DNA of 64,000 bases, from NCBI GenBank assembly GCA_044229975.1, contig JBGARZ010000028.1, forward strand, positions 1-64,000. The letters run 5' to 3'. Shown piece after piece: positions 1 to 10,009 of the stretch. Numbering within the stretch: the stretch's first letter is position 1; each line of letters opens with the position of its first letter. A program made the translations under genes and the position numbers. The notes under the pieces are model-generated. The model was not told the DNA's origin. It saw nothing but the letters and a program-made list of their open reading frames with translations, and did no database searches. Origin of the DNA: Polyangiales bacterium. Lineage in GTDB: Bacteria; Myxococcota_A; Polyangia; Polyangiales; Ga0077539.

Positions 1-142
1 GCCGAGTCGACCTGCGAGCGCGCCCGGAGCGAGCGACCAAGCCGTAGCGTTGCTACGGCGCGGGAGTCGAGTGAGGACGTACGCCGCAGGGCGGCCGAAC
101 TGGGCGTGCGATCAGCCCATCCCATTCCCTGGAGAGCCCTAA
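1..142. repeat. Partial structured intergenic element (MITE/REP-like), cut by window edge
   Basis: Perfect hairpin GCCGTAGC-gtt-GCTACGGC at 41-59 inside an outer pairing CCTGCG (11-16)/CGCAGG (85-90). Ends in GGAGAGCCCTAA. No convincing ORF. Confidence 0.35.
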
Positions 143-200
143 GGGCGGGGCCCCCCCACCGCGCCATCGGCGAGGCGGCCGGGGGCCCGTGGCCGCCCGG

Positions 201-1388
201 TCAGGGGGTGGCGTCGCTGTAGTTGACGACGGGGAAGGCGGGGCCCGGGCGGGCGAAGAGGTAGCCCTGGAAGAGCTCGCAGCCAGCGGCGATGAGGGCG
301 TCGCGCTCCGCGCAGGTCTCGACCCCCTCGGCGACGACGAGCATGCCGAGGTCGCGACAGAGCCGCGTCATGGTCTCGATGAGCTTTCGCTTGGTGGGGT
401 CGACGTCCACGTTGCGGATCAGGGACATGTCGAGCTTGACCACCTCGGGCTGGAGTTGCGCGAGCGCCGTGAGGCCCGCGTAGCCGGCGCCGAGGTCATC
501 GATCGCGAGCCGGAATCCGAGACCGCGCAGCACCTCCAGGCGCCGGCGGACGTCGCGCACCTCCTCCAGCGACGCCCGCTCGGTCACCTCCAGCACCACC
601 CGCGGGGCGACTCGCGAGAGCGGCGCGGAGGGCGAGAGGAGGTCGTCGTCCTCCAGGTCGCGCGGGTGGAGGTTGACGAAGGTGCAAGGCGCGCCCGTCT
701 CCTCGATGGTCGCGGCGACGCTGCGGCGGACCGCTCGGCCGACGTCGAAGACACGGCCGAGCGACTCGGCGGCGCAGAGGAGGAGGTCCGGGCGGGCGAG
801 CGTGGGCTCGTTGTTGCGCACCAGCGCCTCGTGCGCGAACACCGTCCGTCCGGTCCACCGCACGATGGGCTGGTAGGCCATGTGCAACGTCGAGAGCGCG
901 TGCTCGAAGCACGCGACCCGCTCGGGCTCCGCGCCGGCACCGCCGCCATAGAGCTTGAAGGCACGTCGCTTGACCGTCGCGATCCGCCGCAGCTGCACGG
1001 CGTTGGCCGCCGTCTCGCCGAGCACGGTCGGGTCCACGGGCTTGAGCAGGTAGCGCAGCGCCCCGAACTCGACGGCCCGGACGGCGGTGCTGAGGTCGCC
1101 CCCGCCGGTCATGAGCACCACCGGGAGGTCGGGATCGCGCTCCCTCGCCATGCGCAGCACGTCGATGCCGTCGGCGCCCGGCAGCGTGATGTCGCTGATC
1201 ACGAGATCGAAGTCGTGGCCGTCGAGCGCCGCCTTCGCCTCGCGCCCGTCCGCCGCCTCCGTCACCGCGAAGCCCGCCGAGCGCAGGATCCGACCGTAGG
1301 CCCGCAGCACCTGCGGGTCGTCGTCGACCAGCAGCACACTCCCCGTCACGGCACCCGCGCCGCCCCCCGCCGCGATCTCCTCAAGCAT
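201..1388 (-). CDS. Response regulator with EAL c-di-GMP phosphodiesterase domain
   Basis: REC motifs (LLVDDD, SDITLP, KP) followed by EAL motifs (HEALVR, EVTE, DDLGAGY, KLD, AEGVE, QGY). ATG overlaps the upstream stop (ATGCTTGA). Confidence 0.93.
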   Translation of the reverse strand: MLEEIAAGGGAGAVTGSVLLVDDDPQVLRAYGRILRSAGFAVTEAADGREAKAALDGHDFDLVISDITLPGADGIDVLRMARERDPDLPVVLMTGGGDLSTAVRAVEFGALRYLLKPVDPTVLGETAANAVQLRRIATVKRRAFKLYGGGAGAEPERVACFEHALSTLHMAYQPIVRWTGRTVFAHEALVRNNEPTLARPDLLLCAAESLGRVFDVGRAVRRSVAATIEETGAPCTFVNLHPRDLEDDDLLSPSAPLSRVAPRVVLEVTERASLEEVRDVRRRLEVLRGLGFRLAIDDLGAGYAGLTALAQLQPEVVKLDMSLIRNVDVDPTKRKLIETMTRLCRDLGMLVVAEGVETCAERDALIAAGCELFQGYLFARPGPAFPVVNYSDATP

Positions 1389-3777
1389 CGAGCACCTCCC
1401 TCACCTTTCGCGCGAGCGCGTCCGGGGCGAACGGCTTCTGGATGAAGTTCATCCCGTCTTCCAGCGCCCCGCTGCGGAAGACCGCGTGGTCCGTGTATCC
1501 CGACATGAACAGCGCACGCACCGGCCCGGAGCCCTGTCGGATCTGCGCCACCACGTCCGGTCCGTTCGAGCCCGGCATCACCACGTCGCTCAGCACGAGG
1601 TCGATCTCGCTCCCGTGGGACGCCGCGAGCGCGAGGGCCTCGGCGCCGTCGCGGGCGACCACCAGGCGGTAGCCGCGCGGCTCCAACATCCGTCGGACGG
1701 CGCCCCGCAGGCGCTCGTCGTCCTCGATGAGGAGGACGGTCTCGGTGCCCCGGAGGTCGACGCCCTCGGGCGAGCCTCCGGCGTCCTTGGGCCGCTCGTC
1801 GACGCGAGGGAGGTAGATCTTGAAGACGGTCCCGTGGCCGGGCTCGCTGTAGACCCAGATGTGCCCGCCGCTCTGGTTCACGATGCCGTAGCAGGTGGAC
1901 AGCCCGAGGCCGGTGCCGCGGCCCACCTCCTTCGTGGTGAAGAAGGGCTCGAAGATGTGTCGCCGGGTCTCGGCGTCCATGCCGGTGCCCGTGTCGGTCA
2001 CGGCGATCATGGCGTAGCGGCCCGGCACCGCGCCGTGGTGGCTCGCGGCGTAGTCGTCGCCCAGGTCCACGCTCGCCGTCTCGATGGTGAGCCGGCCGCC
2101 CGAGGGCATCGCGTCGCGCGCGTTGACCACCAGGTTCATGATCACCTGCTCGACCTGGCTCACGTCCACCTGCACCGAGCCGACGGCACGCCCAGGAAGG
2201 ACCGCGAATTCCACGTCCTCGCCGATGAGCCGCCGGAGCATCGGCTCCATCCCGGCGACCACCCCGTTCAGGTCGACGCGCGTCAGCTTCATCACCTGCC
2301 GCCGGCTGAAGGCCAGGAGCTGCTTGACCAGCGTGGCCGCCCGCTCGGCCGCGACCCGGATCTCGTCCGCGTCGGCCCGCCGCGGATCCCGCTCGTCGAG
2401 CGCGTCGAGGAGGAAATGGCTGTTGGCCAGGATCGACGCGAGGATGTTGTTGAAGTCGTGCGCGACGCCGCCGGTGATCTGCCCCAGCGCCTCCATCTTC
2501 TGCGCCTGCCGCAGGCTCTCCTCCAGCTGCCGCCGGTCGCTCACGTCCGACACGAGGCCGTCGGCGTAGCGGACGCCCCCGCGCTCGCAGGTGCCGGTCG
2601 CGCGCATCCGCAGCCACACCCAGCGCCCGTCCTTGTGACGCCGGCGGTACTCCACGTCGAAGGGCCGCCCATCCTCGACGCACAGGCGGAAGGCGTCGGC
2701 CAGGGCCTCGCGCTCGTCGGGGTGGACGTGTCCGAGCCGGGCGTCCAGGCCCTCGGCGTACATCTCCTCCGGCGTGTAGCCCGTGAGCGACTCGACGTTG
2801 GCGGTGACGAACGCGATCGCGCCGTCCAGCGTGCAGCTCCAGATGACGTCGGGGATGCGCTCGATGACCTGCCGGTACTGTTGCTCGGCGGTGGCGAGCT
2901 TCCGCGCGGTGACGACCTGCTCGGTCACGTCGTGGCCGATGGACAGCACCGTCGGGCGTCCGTCCATCACCACCACCCGGTTGGAGAAGTCCATGAACAC
3001 CGTGGAGCCGTCGGCGCGCCGGAGCGGGACGGCGTGGTCGACGCCCGACCCGTGCGCGATGGAACGTCGGTAGCCCTCGGCGATCTTGTGCGCGTGCTCC
3101 GGCGCCGCGAGCTCCCGGACGTGCCGACCCACCAACTGGGCCACCGGGACGCCGAGGACTTCCGTCCAGCGCTCGTTGGCCTCCAGCACGACGCCCTCGG
3201 GCGTGAGGAGCGTGATGGGCCCGTAGGCGTTCTCGAACAGCGTGCGGTAGCGCTCCTCGACGCAGCGGGCCTCCGCGAGGAGCCGGGCGAACTGTCGCGC
3301 GTTGGAGCGCAGGTGCGCCTCGCACATCGAGGGGGCCGCGGAGTCGGTGCGGCGGGGGCACGGGACCCGGAGGCTCTCGCCGAGCGCCGCGAGCTCGGAC
3401 CCGAAGTCGGCCGAGCGGGGCACCAGCGCGAAGGCGCCCACCCTCGCCGCGAGATCCCGGTCGGGCTCGCTCTGAGAGTGCGCGCTGACCAGGATCACCG
3501 GTACGCCCTCCAGGGAGGGCTCCCTGCGCAGCATCCGGCAGAGGGCGAAGCCGTCGAGGTCGCCCATGAGCACGTCGCTCACGATGACGTCGGGCCGCCA
3601 CAGCCCGACCTTCCGCAGCGCGTCGTCGGCGCCGAGGGCGGTCTCCGCGGCGAAGCCCGCCTCGGCGAGGTGCAGTTGGCTGAGCCTGAGCTGCGTCGCG
3701 TCGTCCCCGACGACGAGCACCGTGCGGCTTGGCGTAGGGGCTGCGCGGAGGGTGACGAGGCTTGCGCTGGAGTTCAT
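1381..3777 (-). CDS. Hybrid sensor histidine kinase (REC-PAS-PAS-HisKA-HATPase-REC)
   Basis: H-box GVAHDFNN, N-box NLVVNARDA, DTGTGM, FFTTK, GTGLGL; two PAS/PAC segments; N- and C-terminal receivers. Confidence 0.93.
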   Translation of the reverse strand: MNSSASLVTLRAAPTPSRTVLVVGDDATQLRLSQLHLAEAGFAAETALGADDALRKVGLWRPDVIVSDVLMGDLDGFALCRMLRREPSLEGVPVILVSAHSQSEPDRDLAARVGAFALVPRSADFGSELAALGESLRVPCPRRTDSAAPSMCEAHLRSNARQFARLLAEARCVEERYRTLFENAYGPITLLTPEGVVLEANERWTEVLGVPVAQLVGRHVRELAAPEHAHKIAEGYRRSIAHGSGVDHAVPLRRADGSTVFMDFSNRVVVMDGRPTVLSIGHDVTEQVVTARKLATAEQQYRQVIERIPDVIWSCTLDGAIAFVTANVESLTGYTPEEMYAEGLDARLGHVHPDEREALADAFRLCVEDGRPFDVEYRRRHKDGRWVWLRMRATGTCERGGVRYADGLVSDVSDRRQLEESLRQAQKMEALGQITGGVAHDFNNILASILANSHFLLDALDERDPRRADADEIRVAAERAATLVKQLLAFSRRQVMKLTRVDLNGVVAGMEPMLRRLIGEDVEFAVLPGRAVGSVQVDVSQVEQVIMNLVVNARDAMPSGGRLTIETASVDLGDDYAASHHGAVPGRYAMIAVTDTGTGMDAETRRHIFEPFFTTKEVGRGTGLGLSTCYGIVNQSGGHIWVYSEPGHGTVFKIYLPRVDERPKDAGGSPEGVDLRGTETVLLIEDDERLRGAVRRMLEPRGYRLVVARDGAEALALAASHGSEIDLVLSDVVMPGSNGPDVVAQIRQGSGPVRALFMSGYTDHAVFRSGALEDGMNFIQKPFAPDALARKVREVLDA

Positions 3778-3890
3778 TGGTTCCCTTCAGGAGCGGTGCG
3801 GCCGGGGGAAAGGCGACGACGAACATCGGGTCGACGCGTTCGCGCCGATGCGCGGCGGACCCTCTCCTCTCCCGACATGATTTCGCTCTT

Positions 3891-3907
3891 TGCGAGAGCG
3901 ATGCCGA
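3891..3907 (-). promoter_or_regulatory. Candidate sigma54 -24/-12 promoter for hybrid kinase
   Basis: Minus strand TCGGCATCGCTCTCGCA, GG-N10-GC spacing. Confidence 0.35.
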
Positions 3908-4309
3908 CGCCCGATCGCGGGAGCCCGCGGCTCCATCGCGCTTCAGCGGACATCACAGTGGATAGGCACGAATCATTTCTCTCTTGTCTGGAATGTCAAT
4001 TCGCCGACATGTCAAAATAAACGACGCTCGTTTCCCCGGGGCTTCGAAGCCGCCGCGTTCCCAACCATGAATAGACCCTCCTTCGTGGTTGCACGAGATG
4101 ACGAAGAGCGCGTGTGGAGAGCGCCGACGTGCTTCGACAAAGGTGGCGACGGGGCTGAGGCCGCGAGGGGAGGGGACGTCATCGTCCGACCCCGGCGCTC
4201 CGCGTGACCCTCCAATCGACGAACGCAGAACCTGCACCTGCGCCGCACCTCCTGCGTCCGGCGTGTGCGTCCCCGACGAGCGTCGCGTGAACGCGCGGCC
4301 CACGGTGCG

Positions 4310-4325
4310 CGGCTTCACCTTTGCT
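4310..4325 (+). promoter_or_regulatory. Candidate sigma54 -24/-12 promoter for cco operon
   Basis: CGGCTTCACCTTTGCT (GG 4311-12, GC 4323-24), 16 nt before the ATG at 4340. Confidence 0.45.
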
Positions 4326-4339
4326 CAAGGCGGCGTCGC

Positions 4340-6769
4340 ATGTCGTCGTTGAGCCTCCACGTCCCGGTCGCGTCCCTCCCGGCCCGGCCCGCTGCGCGGG
4401 CGACCACGGCCTGCCTCCACTGCGGCACCGCGCTCACCGACGACCTCCCAGGAGACTTCTGCTGCGTCGGTTGTGAGTCCGTCTACGGCCTCCTCGCTGA
4501 CCGCAACCTCACCCGCTACTACGCCCTCCAAGGCGACGCGGGCTCGCCGGTCACCGTCGCCCGACCCGAGACCCGCGACCTGAAGTGGCTCGAACCGCTG
4601 GAGGCCCGCGTCGCCGCCGCGGAGGGCGCCTGCCACGTCGAGCTCGACCTCCAGGGCCTCCACTGCGCGGCCTGCGTGTGGCTCCTCGGCGAACTCTTCC
4701 GCCGTCAGCCCGGCGCGCTGCGTGACCTCGTGAACCCCGGCGTCGGGCGCGTCGCGCTCACCGTCACCCGCGAGTTTCCGCTGCGCGCGTACGTGCGCGA
4801 CGTCGAGTCCTTCGGCTACGTCGCGGGCCCGGCCCTCAAGGAGGCGACGCCCGCCTCGCGCGCGCTGCTCACCCGCCTCGGCGTGTGCGCCGCCCTCACC
4901 GTCAACGCGATGATCTTCGCGCTCCCGCTCTCGCTCGGCCTGCGCGACGGGCCCGTCCACGCGCTCTTCGCGTGGCTCGCGTTCCTGCTGGCGCTCGCGA
5001 GCGTGGCGGTGGGGGGGACGGTGTTCCTGCGCTCGGCGTGGCAGGCGGTGCGCCGGCGGGTGGTGCACCTCGACCTGCCCATCGCGCTCGGCATCGTGCT
5101 CACCTTCGCCGGGTCGACGTGGGCCTTCGTCGAGGGGCGCGACGGTCGCGCGGCCTACTTCGACACGCTCTCGACCTTCATCACGCTGATGCTCGCGGGC
5201 CGCTGGCTCCAGGAGCGCGTGCTGGAGCGCAACCGCCGCTACCTCCTCGCCTCCGACGGCGCCGAGGGCCTGCTCACCCGCCGCGTGCGGGACGGAGCCG
5301 TCTCCCTCGTGCGCTGCACTGAAGTCTCGTCGGGCGACGTACTGCTCATCGCGCCGGGCGACGTGGTCCCGGTCGACGGCGCGCTGGAGGACGCCGAGGC
5401 GAGCTGCTCGCTCGACTGGATCTCGGGCGAGAGCGTCCCGCGCGCCTTCGCCCGCGGGGAGACCGTCCCGGCGGGCGCGTTCAACCTGGGGCAGCGCGCG
5501 GTGCGCGTGCGGGCCGCGGCCGACTTCTCCGCCTCGTCGCTCGTGGGTCTCCTCCGCAACCCCGCGCCCCGCGCCGACGCCGCGCGCGCGACGCCCTGGT
5601 GGCGCCGCCTCGCCGCCACGTGGGTCGCCGGGGTGCTCTCGCTCGCCGCCCTCGGCTTCATCGGATGGACCCTCGCGACGGGCGACCCGCGCCGCGCGAT
5701 GGAGGTCGCGACGGCGGTGCTCATCGTGACGTGCCCCTGCGCCTTCGGCATCGCGACCCCGATGGCCTACGAGATGGCCCAGGCGGGCCTGCGACGCGCC
5801 GGGCTCTTCGTCCGCTCGCCGGGCTTCCTCGACCGCGCGACCGCCGTCCGCCGCGTGGTCTTCGACAAGACCGGGACCCTCACCACCGGCGCGCTCCGCC
5901 TCGCCGACCCGGCCGCGCTCGACGCGCTCACCGCGGGCGAGCGCGCCGCCCTCTACAACCTCGCGGTCCGCAGCACCCACCCCAAGAGCCTCGCGGTGCG
6001 CGCGGCGCTGGTCGACCCGACGCCGCGCTTCGATGAAGCGCTCGACGTGCGCGAGGTCGCCGGGCGCGGCGTCGAGCTCGCCCTCGACGGCGCGGTCTAC
6101 CGACTGGGTGAGCCCGCCTGGGCCGTCGATGGTGACGCCAGTACGGACTGCGACCTGGCCTTCTCCCGCGACCGCGCGGCGATCGTTCGCCTCCGTACCG
6201 AAGAGGTGCTGCGACCCGACGCGCGCGCCGAGGTCGCGCAGCTCACGGCCGAGGGCTACGAGGTGTGGATCCTCAGCGGCGACGCGCCCGACCGTGTGTC
6301 CGCGATGGCCTCAGCGCTCGGGGTGCCGTCCGACCGCGCGGTGGGCGGACGGTCGCCCGCGGACAAGGCCCGCTGGCTCGACGCGCACGATCTGCACGAC
6401 ACGCTCATGGTCGGCGACGGCATCAACGACGCCCTCGCCGTCGAGCGCGCCTACTGCTCGGGCACGCCCGCGGTCGACCGCCCGTTCATGCCCGCGCGCA
6501 CGGACTTCTACGTCGTCGCCCCGGGCCTGCGACCCGTCGGGCTCGCGCTGCGCGTCGCCCACGCGCTCGCCCGCATCCACCGCCGCAACCTCGGCATCGC
6601 GCTCGCATACAACGCCGTCACGGTCGGCCTCGCGCTCGCCGGCCGGATGTCGCCGCTCCTCTGCGCGGTGGTCATGCCGGCGAGCTCGCTGAGCATCCTG
6701 CTCGCGACCGTCGCCTCGCTCTCGCAACGGAGCCCCCTGTGGAAGTCCTCGTCCTCCAGGTCTTCGTGA
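4340..6769 (+). CDS. ccoI: Cu-translocating P1B-type ATPase for cbb3 assembly (CcoI/FixI)
   Basis: CLHC...FCCVGC N-terminus, HCAAC HMA motif, CPC, DKTGT, GDGIND; first gene of the cco operon. Start moved to ATG 4340. Confidence 0.9.
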   Translation: MSSLSLHVPVASLPARPAARATTACLHCGTALTDDLPGDFCCVGCESVYGLLADRNLTRYYALQGDAGSPVTVARPETRDLKWLEPLEARVAAAEGACHVELDLQGLHCAACVWLLGELFRRQPGALRDLVNPGVGRVALTVTREFPLRAYVRDVESFGYVAGPALKEATPASRALLTRLGVCAALTVNAMIFALPLSLGLRDGPVHALFAWLAFLLALASVAVGGTVFLRSAWQAVRRRVVHLDLPIALGIVLTFAGSTWAFVEGRDGRAAYFDTLSTFITLMLAGRWLQERVLERNRRYLLASDGAEGLLTRRVRDGAVSLVRCTEVSSGDVLLIAPGDVVPVDGALEDAEASCSLDWISGESVPRAFARGETVPAGAFNLGQRAVRVRAAADFSASSLVGLLRNPAPRADAARATPWWRRLAATWVAGVLSLAALGFIGWTLATGDPRRAMEVATAVLIVTCPCAFGIATPMAYEMAQAGLRRAGLFVRSPGFLDRATAVRRVVFDKTGTLTTGALRLADPAALDALTAGERAALYNLAVRSTHPKSLAVRAALVDPTPRFDEALDVREVAGRGVELALDGAVYRLGEPAWAVDGDASTDCDLAFSRDRAAIVRLRTEEVLRPDARAEVAQLTAEGYEVWILSGDAPDRVSAMASALGVPSDRAVGGRSPADKARWLDAHDLHDTLMVGDGINDALAVERAYCSGTPAVDRPFMPARTDFYVVAPGLRPVGLALRVAHALARIHRRNLGIALAYNAVTVGLALAGRMSPLLCAVVMPASSLSILLATVASLSQRSPLWKSSSSRSS

Positions 6770-6924
6770 GCCTCTCGCTGGTCGCCGGGGGGCTGCTGCT
6801 CTTCGCCTACTCCGCGCGCCAGCGCGACGCCGACCACGCCGACCGCCTCGCCCTCGCGCCGCTCGACGACGACGCGGGCGATTCGTTCGCTTCCCGTACC
6901 AATCCAGGAGACCGCACCAAGTGA
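6739..6924 (+). CDS. ccoS: cbb3 oxidase maturation protein CcoS/FixS
   Basis: GTG start after GGAG; 61 aa with one TM then ..DHADRLALAPLDDD; lies between ccoI and ccoN. Confidence 0.8.
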   Translation: MEVLVLQVFVSLSLVAGGLLLFAYSARQRDADHADRLALAPLDDDAGDSFASRTNPGDRTK

Positions 6925-9260
6925 AGCCACTCGAAGACGAACTCCCCCCGCCGAACCCGCCCCTCGGCACCCGCATCGTCTACAACGACGACGTCGCGCG
7001 GAAGTTCCTGTGGGCCTCGGTGCTCTGGGGCATCGTGGGCATGTCCGTGGGCGCGCTCGTCGCGCTACAGATGGCGTGGTGGCGGGCCAACGTCGACCCG
7101 CACCTCTCCTTCGGCCGCCTGCGCCCGCTGCACACCAACGCGGTGATCTTCGCGTTCGTGGGCAACATGATCTTCAGCGGGATCTACTACTCCACGCAGC
7201 GCCTCGTGAAGGCGCGGCTCCCGTCCGACCTCCTCGCGAAGGTCCACTTCTGGGGCTGGCAGGCGATCATCGTGGCCGCGGCCGTCACGCTCCCGCTCGG
7301 CCTCACGCAGGGCAAGGAGTACGCGGAGCTGGAGTGGCCCATCGACCTCGCCATCGCCGCGGTGTGGGTCGTCTTCGCGGTGAACTTCTTCTGGACCCTC
7401 GCACGCCGTAGGGAGAAGCACCTCTACGTCGCGGTGTGGTTCTACATCGCGACCATCGTCACGGTGACGGTGCTGCACGTCGTCAACGCGCTCGCGCTGC
7501 CGGTCTCTCCGTTCAAGAGCTACTCCATCTTCGGCGGCGTGCAGGACGCGCTGGTGCAGTGGTGGTACGGCCACAACGCCGTCGCCTTCTTCCTGACCAC
7601 CCCGGTGCTCGGGATCATGTACTACTTCGTGCCGAAGGCGGCTGAGCGCCCGGTCTACTCGTACCGGCTCTCGATCATCCACTTCTGGGCCCTGGTGTTC
7701 ATGTACATCTGGGCGGGGCCGCACCACCTGCTCTTCACCGCGCTGCCGGAGTGGGCGCAGACGCTGGGGATGATCTTCAGCGTGATGCTCTGGGCCCCGA
7801 GCTGGGGCGGCATGCTCAACGGCCTGCTCACGCTCCGCGGCGCCTGGGCGAAGGTGCGCGAAGAGCCGGTGCTCAAGTTCTTCGCGGCGGGCATCACCTT
7901 CTACGGGATGGCCACCTTCGAGGGGCCGCTGCTCTCCATCCGCAGCGTGTCGAGCCTCGCCCACTACACCGACTGGATCGTCGGCCACGTCCACGCGGGC
8001 GCCCTCGGCTGGAACGGCCTCATGGCCGCCGGGATGTTCTACTGGCTGGTGCCGCGGCTCTACGGCACGAAGCTGCACTCCAAGGCCGCCGCGGAGCTGC
8101 ACTTCTACGTCGGCACCGTGGGCATCCTCCTCTACGTCGTCGCGATGTGGGTCGCGGGCGTCACGCAGGGGATGATGTGGCGCGCGCTCACGCCGAGCGG
8201 CGCGCTCGTCTATCCCAACTTCATCGAGACGCTGCTCGCGCTGCGCCCGATGTACTGGATGCGCCTCGCGGGCGGCACGATGTACCTCGCGGGCATGGTG
8301 CTCATGGCCTGGAACCTCGTGCGCACTGCGCGCGCCGGCCGCGCCGTCGACGGCACCGCCACGGTCTTCGACGAGCCGAAGGCCGAGCCCGAGGTGCGCT
8401 GGACGGCGATGGTCTTCAGCGCCCCGGTGGTCATCACGACGATCAGCGCGGTGCTCATCGGCGCGACCGCCGTCACCAGCGAGGCGGCGAGCCTCACCGT
8501 CGCGATCCTCGGCGTGTCGGCCGCCTTCCTCGGGACGCTCGGCATCCAGCTCACCCGCGAAGAGGGTCGGCCCACCTGGCACCGGCTGCTGGAGGGCCGC
8601 GCGCTGATCTTCACGGTCTTCACGGTCATCGCGGTGCTGATCGGCGGCGTGGCGGAGATCGTCCCCGCGGTGGTGCTGCGCCCCGCGTCCGAGGGCGCCC
8701 ACGCGCGGCCCTACCGACCGCTAGAGCTCGAAGGCCGGGACATCTACCTGCGCGAGGGTTGCTACACCTGCCACTCGCAGATGATCCGTCCGCTGCGCTT
8801 CGAGTCGCTCCGCTACGGCGAAGCCTCGACGGCGGAGGAGTCGCGCTACGACCACCCGTTCCAGTGGGGATCGAAGCGCACCGGACCCGACCTCGCGCGC
8901 GAAGGCGGCCGCTACCCCAACCTCTGGCACTACCGCCACCTGCTCGACCCGCGGGCGACCTCGCCGGGGTCCAACATGCCGCCCTACGCGTTCATGGCGC
9001 GGGCGCCGCTCGACCTCTCGCGCACCGCCGACAAGCTCCGCGCGATGCGCACGATCGGCGTCCCGTACACCGACGCGGACATCAGCCACGCGGTCGCCGA
9101 CGCTCGCGCCCAGGCCTCGGAGATCGCTCGCGACCTCGCCGACAACGGCGCCCGCGTCGGGGCCGACCGCGAGCTCGTCGCGCTCATCGCCTACCTCCAG
9201 CGCCTGGGCCGCACGCCCGACGCGTCCACCGCCACCGCCGCCACGCCGGGAGCCCACTGA
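6921..9260 (+). CDS. ccoNO: cbb3-type cytochrome c oxidase fused subunits I/II (CcoN-CcoO)
   Basis: GRLRPLHTN, QWWYGHN, WAGPHH and GHVH (CcoN); EGCYTCHSQMIRP and WGSKRTGPDL (CcoO) in one ORF. Confidence 0.96.
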   Translation: MKPLEDELPPPNPPLGTRIVYNDDVARKFLWASVLWGIVGMSVGALVALQMAWWRANVDPHLSFGRLRPLHTNAVIFAFVGNMIFSGIYYSTQRLVKARLPSDLLAKVHFWGWQAIIVAAAVTLPLGLTQGKEYAELEWPIDLAIAAVWVVFAVNFFWTLARRREKHLYVAVWFYIATIVTVTVLHVVNALALPVSPFKSYSIFGGVQDALVQWWYGHNAVAFFLTTPVLGIMYYFVPKAAERPVYSYRLSIIHFWALVFMYIWAGPHHLLFTALPEWAQTLGMIFSVMLWAPSWGGMLNGLLTLRGAWAKVREEPVLKFFAAGITFYGMATFEGPLLSIRSVSSLAHYTDWIVGHVHAGALGWNGLMAAGMFYWLVPRLYGTKLHSKAAAELHFYVGTVGILLYVVAMWVAGVTQGMMWRALTPSGALVYPNFIETLLALRPMYWMRLAGGTMYLAGMVLMAWNLVRTARAGRAVDGTATVFDEPKAEPEVRWTAMVFSAPVVITTISAVLIGATAVTSEAASLTVAILGVSAAFLGTLGIQLTREEGRPTWHRLLEGRALIFTVFTVIAVLIGGVAEIVPAVVLRPASEGAHARPYRPLELEGRDIYLREGCYTCHSQMIRPLRFESLRYGEASTAEESRYDHPFQWGSKRTGPDLAREGGRYPNLWHYRHLLDPRATSPGSNMPPYAFMARAPLDLSRTADKLRAMRTIGVPYTDADISHAVADARAQASEIARDLADNGARVGADRELVALIAYLQRLGRTPDASTATAATPGAH

Positions 9261-9261
9261 G

Positions 9262-9435
9262 ATGTACCGAGAGTTCTTCGCCCACAGCCCGCTGCTGGCG
9301 CTGCCGCTGGTCGCGCTGGTGATCTTCCTGGCGGTGTTCGCCGCCGTGCTCCTGTCCGTGCTCCTGCGGCGCACCGCGCACTTCGACGCCGCCGCCGCCC
9401 TGCCGCTCACCGCGAAGGAGGACGCCGATGGCTGA
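9262..9435 (+). CDS. ccoQ: Small membrane subunit CcoQ-like (57 aa, not in the ORF track)
   Basis: MYREFFAHSPLLALPLVALVIFLAVFAAVLL...AAALPL; single TM, ..ALPL motif, canonical position between ccoO and ccoP. Confidence 0.8.
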   Translation: MYREFFAHSPLLALPLVALVIFLAVFAAVLLSVLLRRTAHFDAAAALPLTAKEDADG

Positions 9436-10009
9436 CCGCACGGCTGCGCCCGACGCCAACGTCGACCGGGTGGTGCACACCTACGACGGCATCGAGGAGT
9501 ACGACAACGCGCTGCCGCAGTGGTGGCTCGCGGCGCTCTTCGGGACGGTGCTGTTCGCCTTCGGGTACTGGTACTGGTGCCAGGTCTTCGCGATCGCCGA
9601 GACGCCGCGGCAGACGCTGCACCGCGAGATGCAGGCGGTGTACGCCGCCGAGGCCGCGCGCATGAGGGCCCGCGGCGCCATCACCCCTGCGATGCTCCTC
9701 GCGATGTCGCGCGACGACGCGACGGTGCGTCAGGGCGCCGGGGTATTCGCCGGGAGCTGCGTGGCCTGCCATGGCGCGAACGGCGGCGGCGGCATCGGGC
9801 CCAACCTCACCGACGCGGCGTGGCTGCACGGCAGCGCGCCCGACCGCGTGTACCGCACCGTCACCGAAGGGGTCACCGCGAAGGGGATGCCCGCGTGGGG
9901 GCCGCAGCTCGGCGCCGACCGCGTGCTCGCCGTCACCGCCTACCTCATGACCCTGCGCAACACGAACGTCGCCGGCGGCAAGGCCCCGCAGGGGACGACC
10001 GAGCCGTGA
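9428..10009 (+). CDS. ccoP: cbb3 oxidase subunit III CcoP (monoheme)
   Basis: HTYDGIEEYDNALPQWW N-terminal motif; single CVACH; GPNLTD and GMPAW; GGAGG RBS. Confidence 0.92.
   Translation: MADRTAAPDANVDRVVHTYDGIEEYDNALPQWWLAALFGTVLFAFGYWYWCQVFAIAETPRQTLHREMQAVYAAEAARMRARGAITPAMLLAMSRDDATVRQGAGVFAGSCVACHGANGGGGIGPNLTDAAWLHGSAPDRVYRTVTEGVTAKGMPAWGPQLGADRVLAVTAYLMTLRNTNVAGGKAPQGTTEP

Noticed and set aside
3963..3980. TAGGCACGAATCATTTCT as a sigma54 promoter
   Set aside because: The -24 half looks good but there is no GC at the required -12 position.
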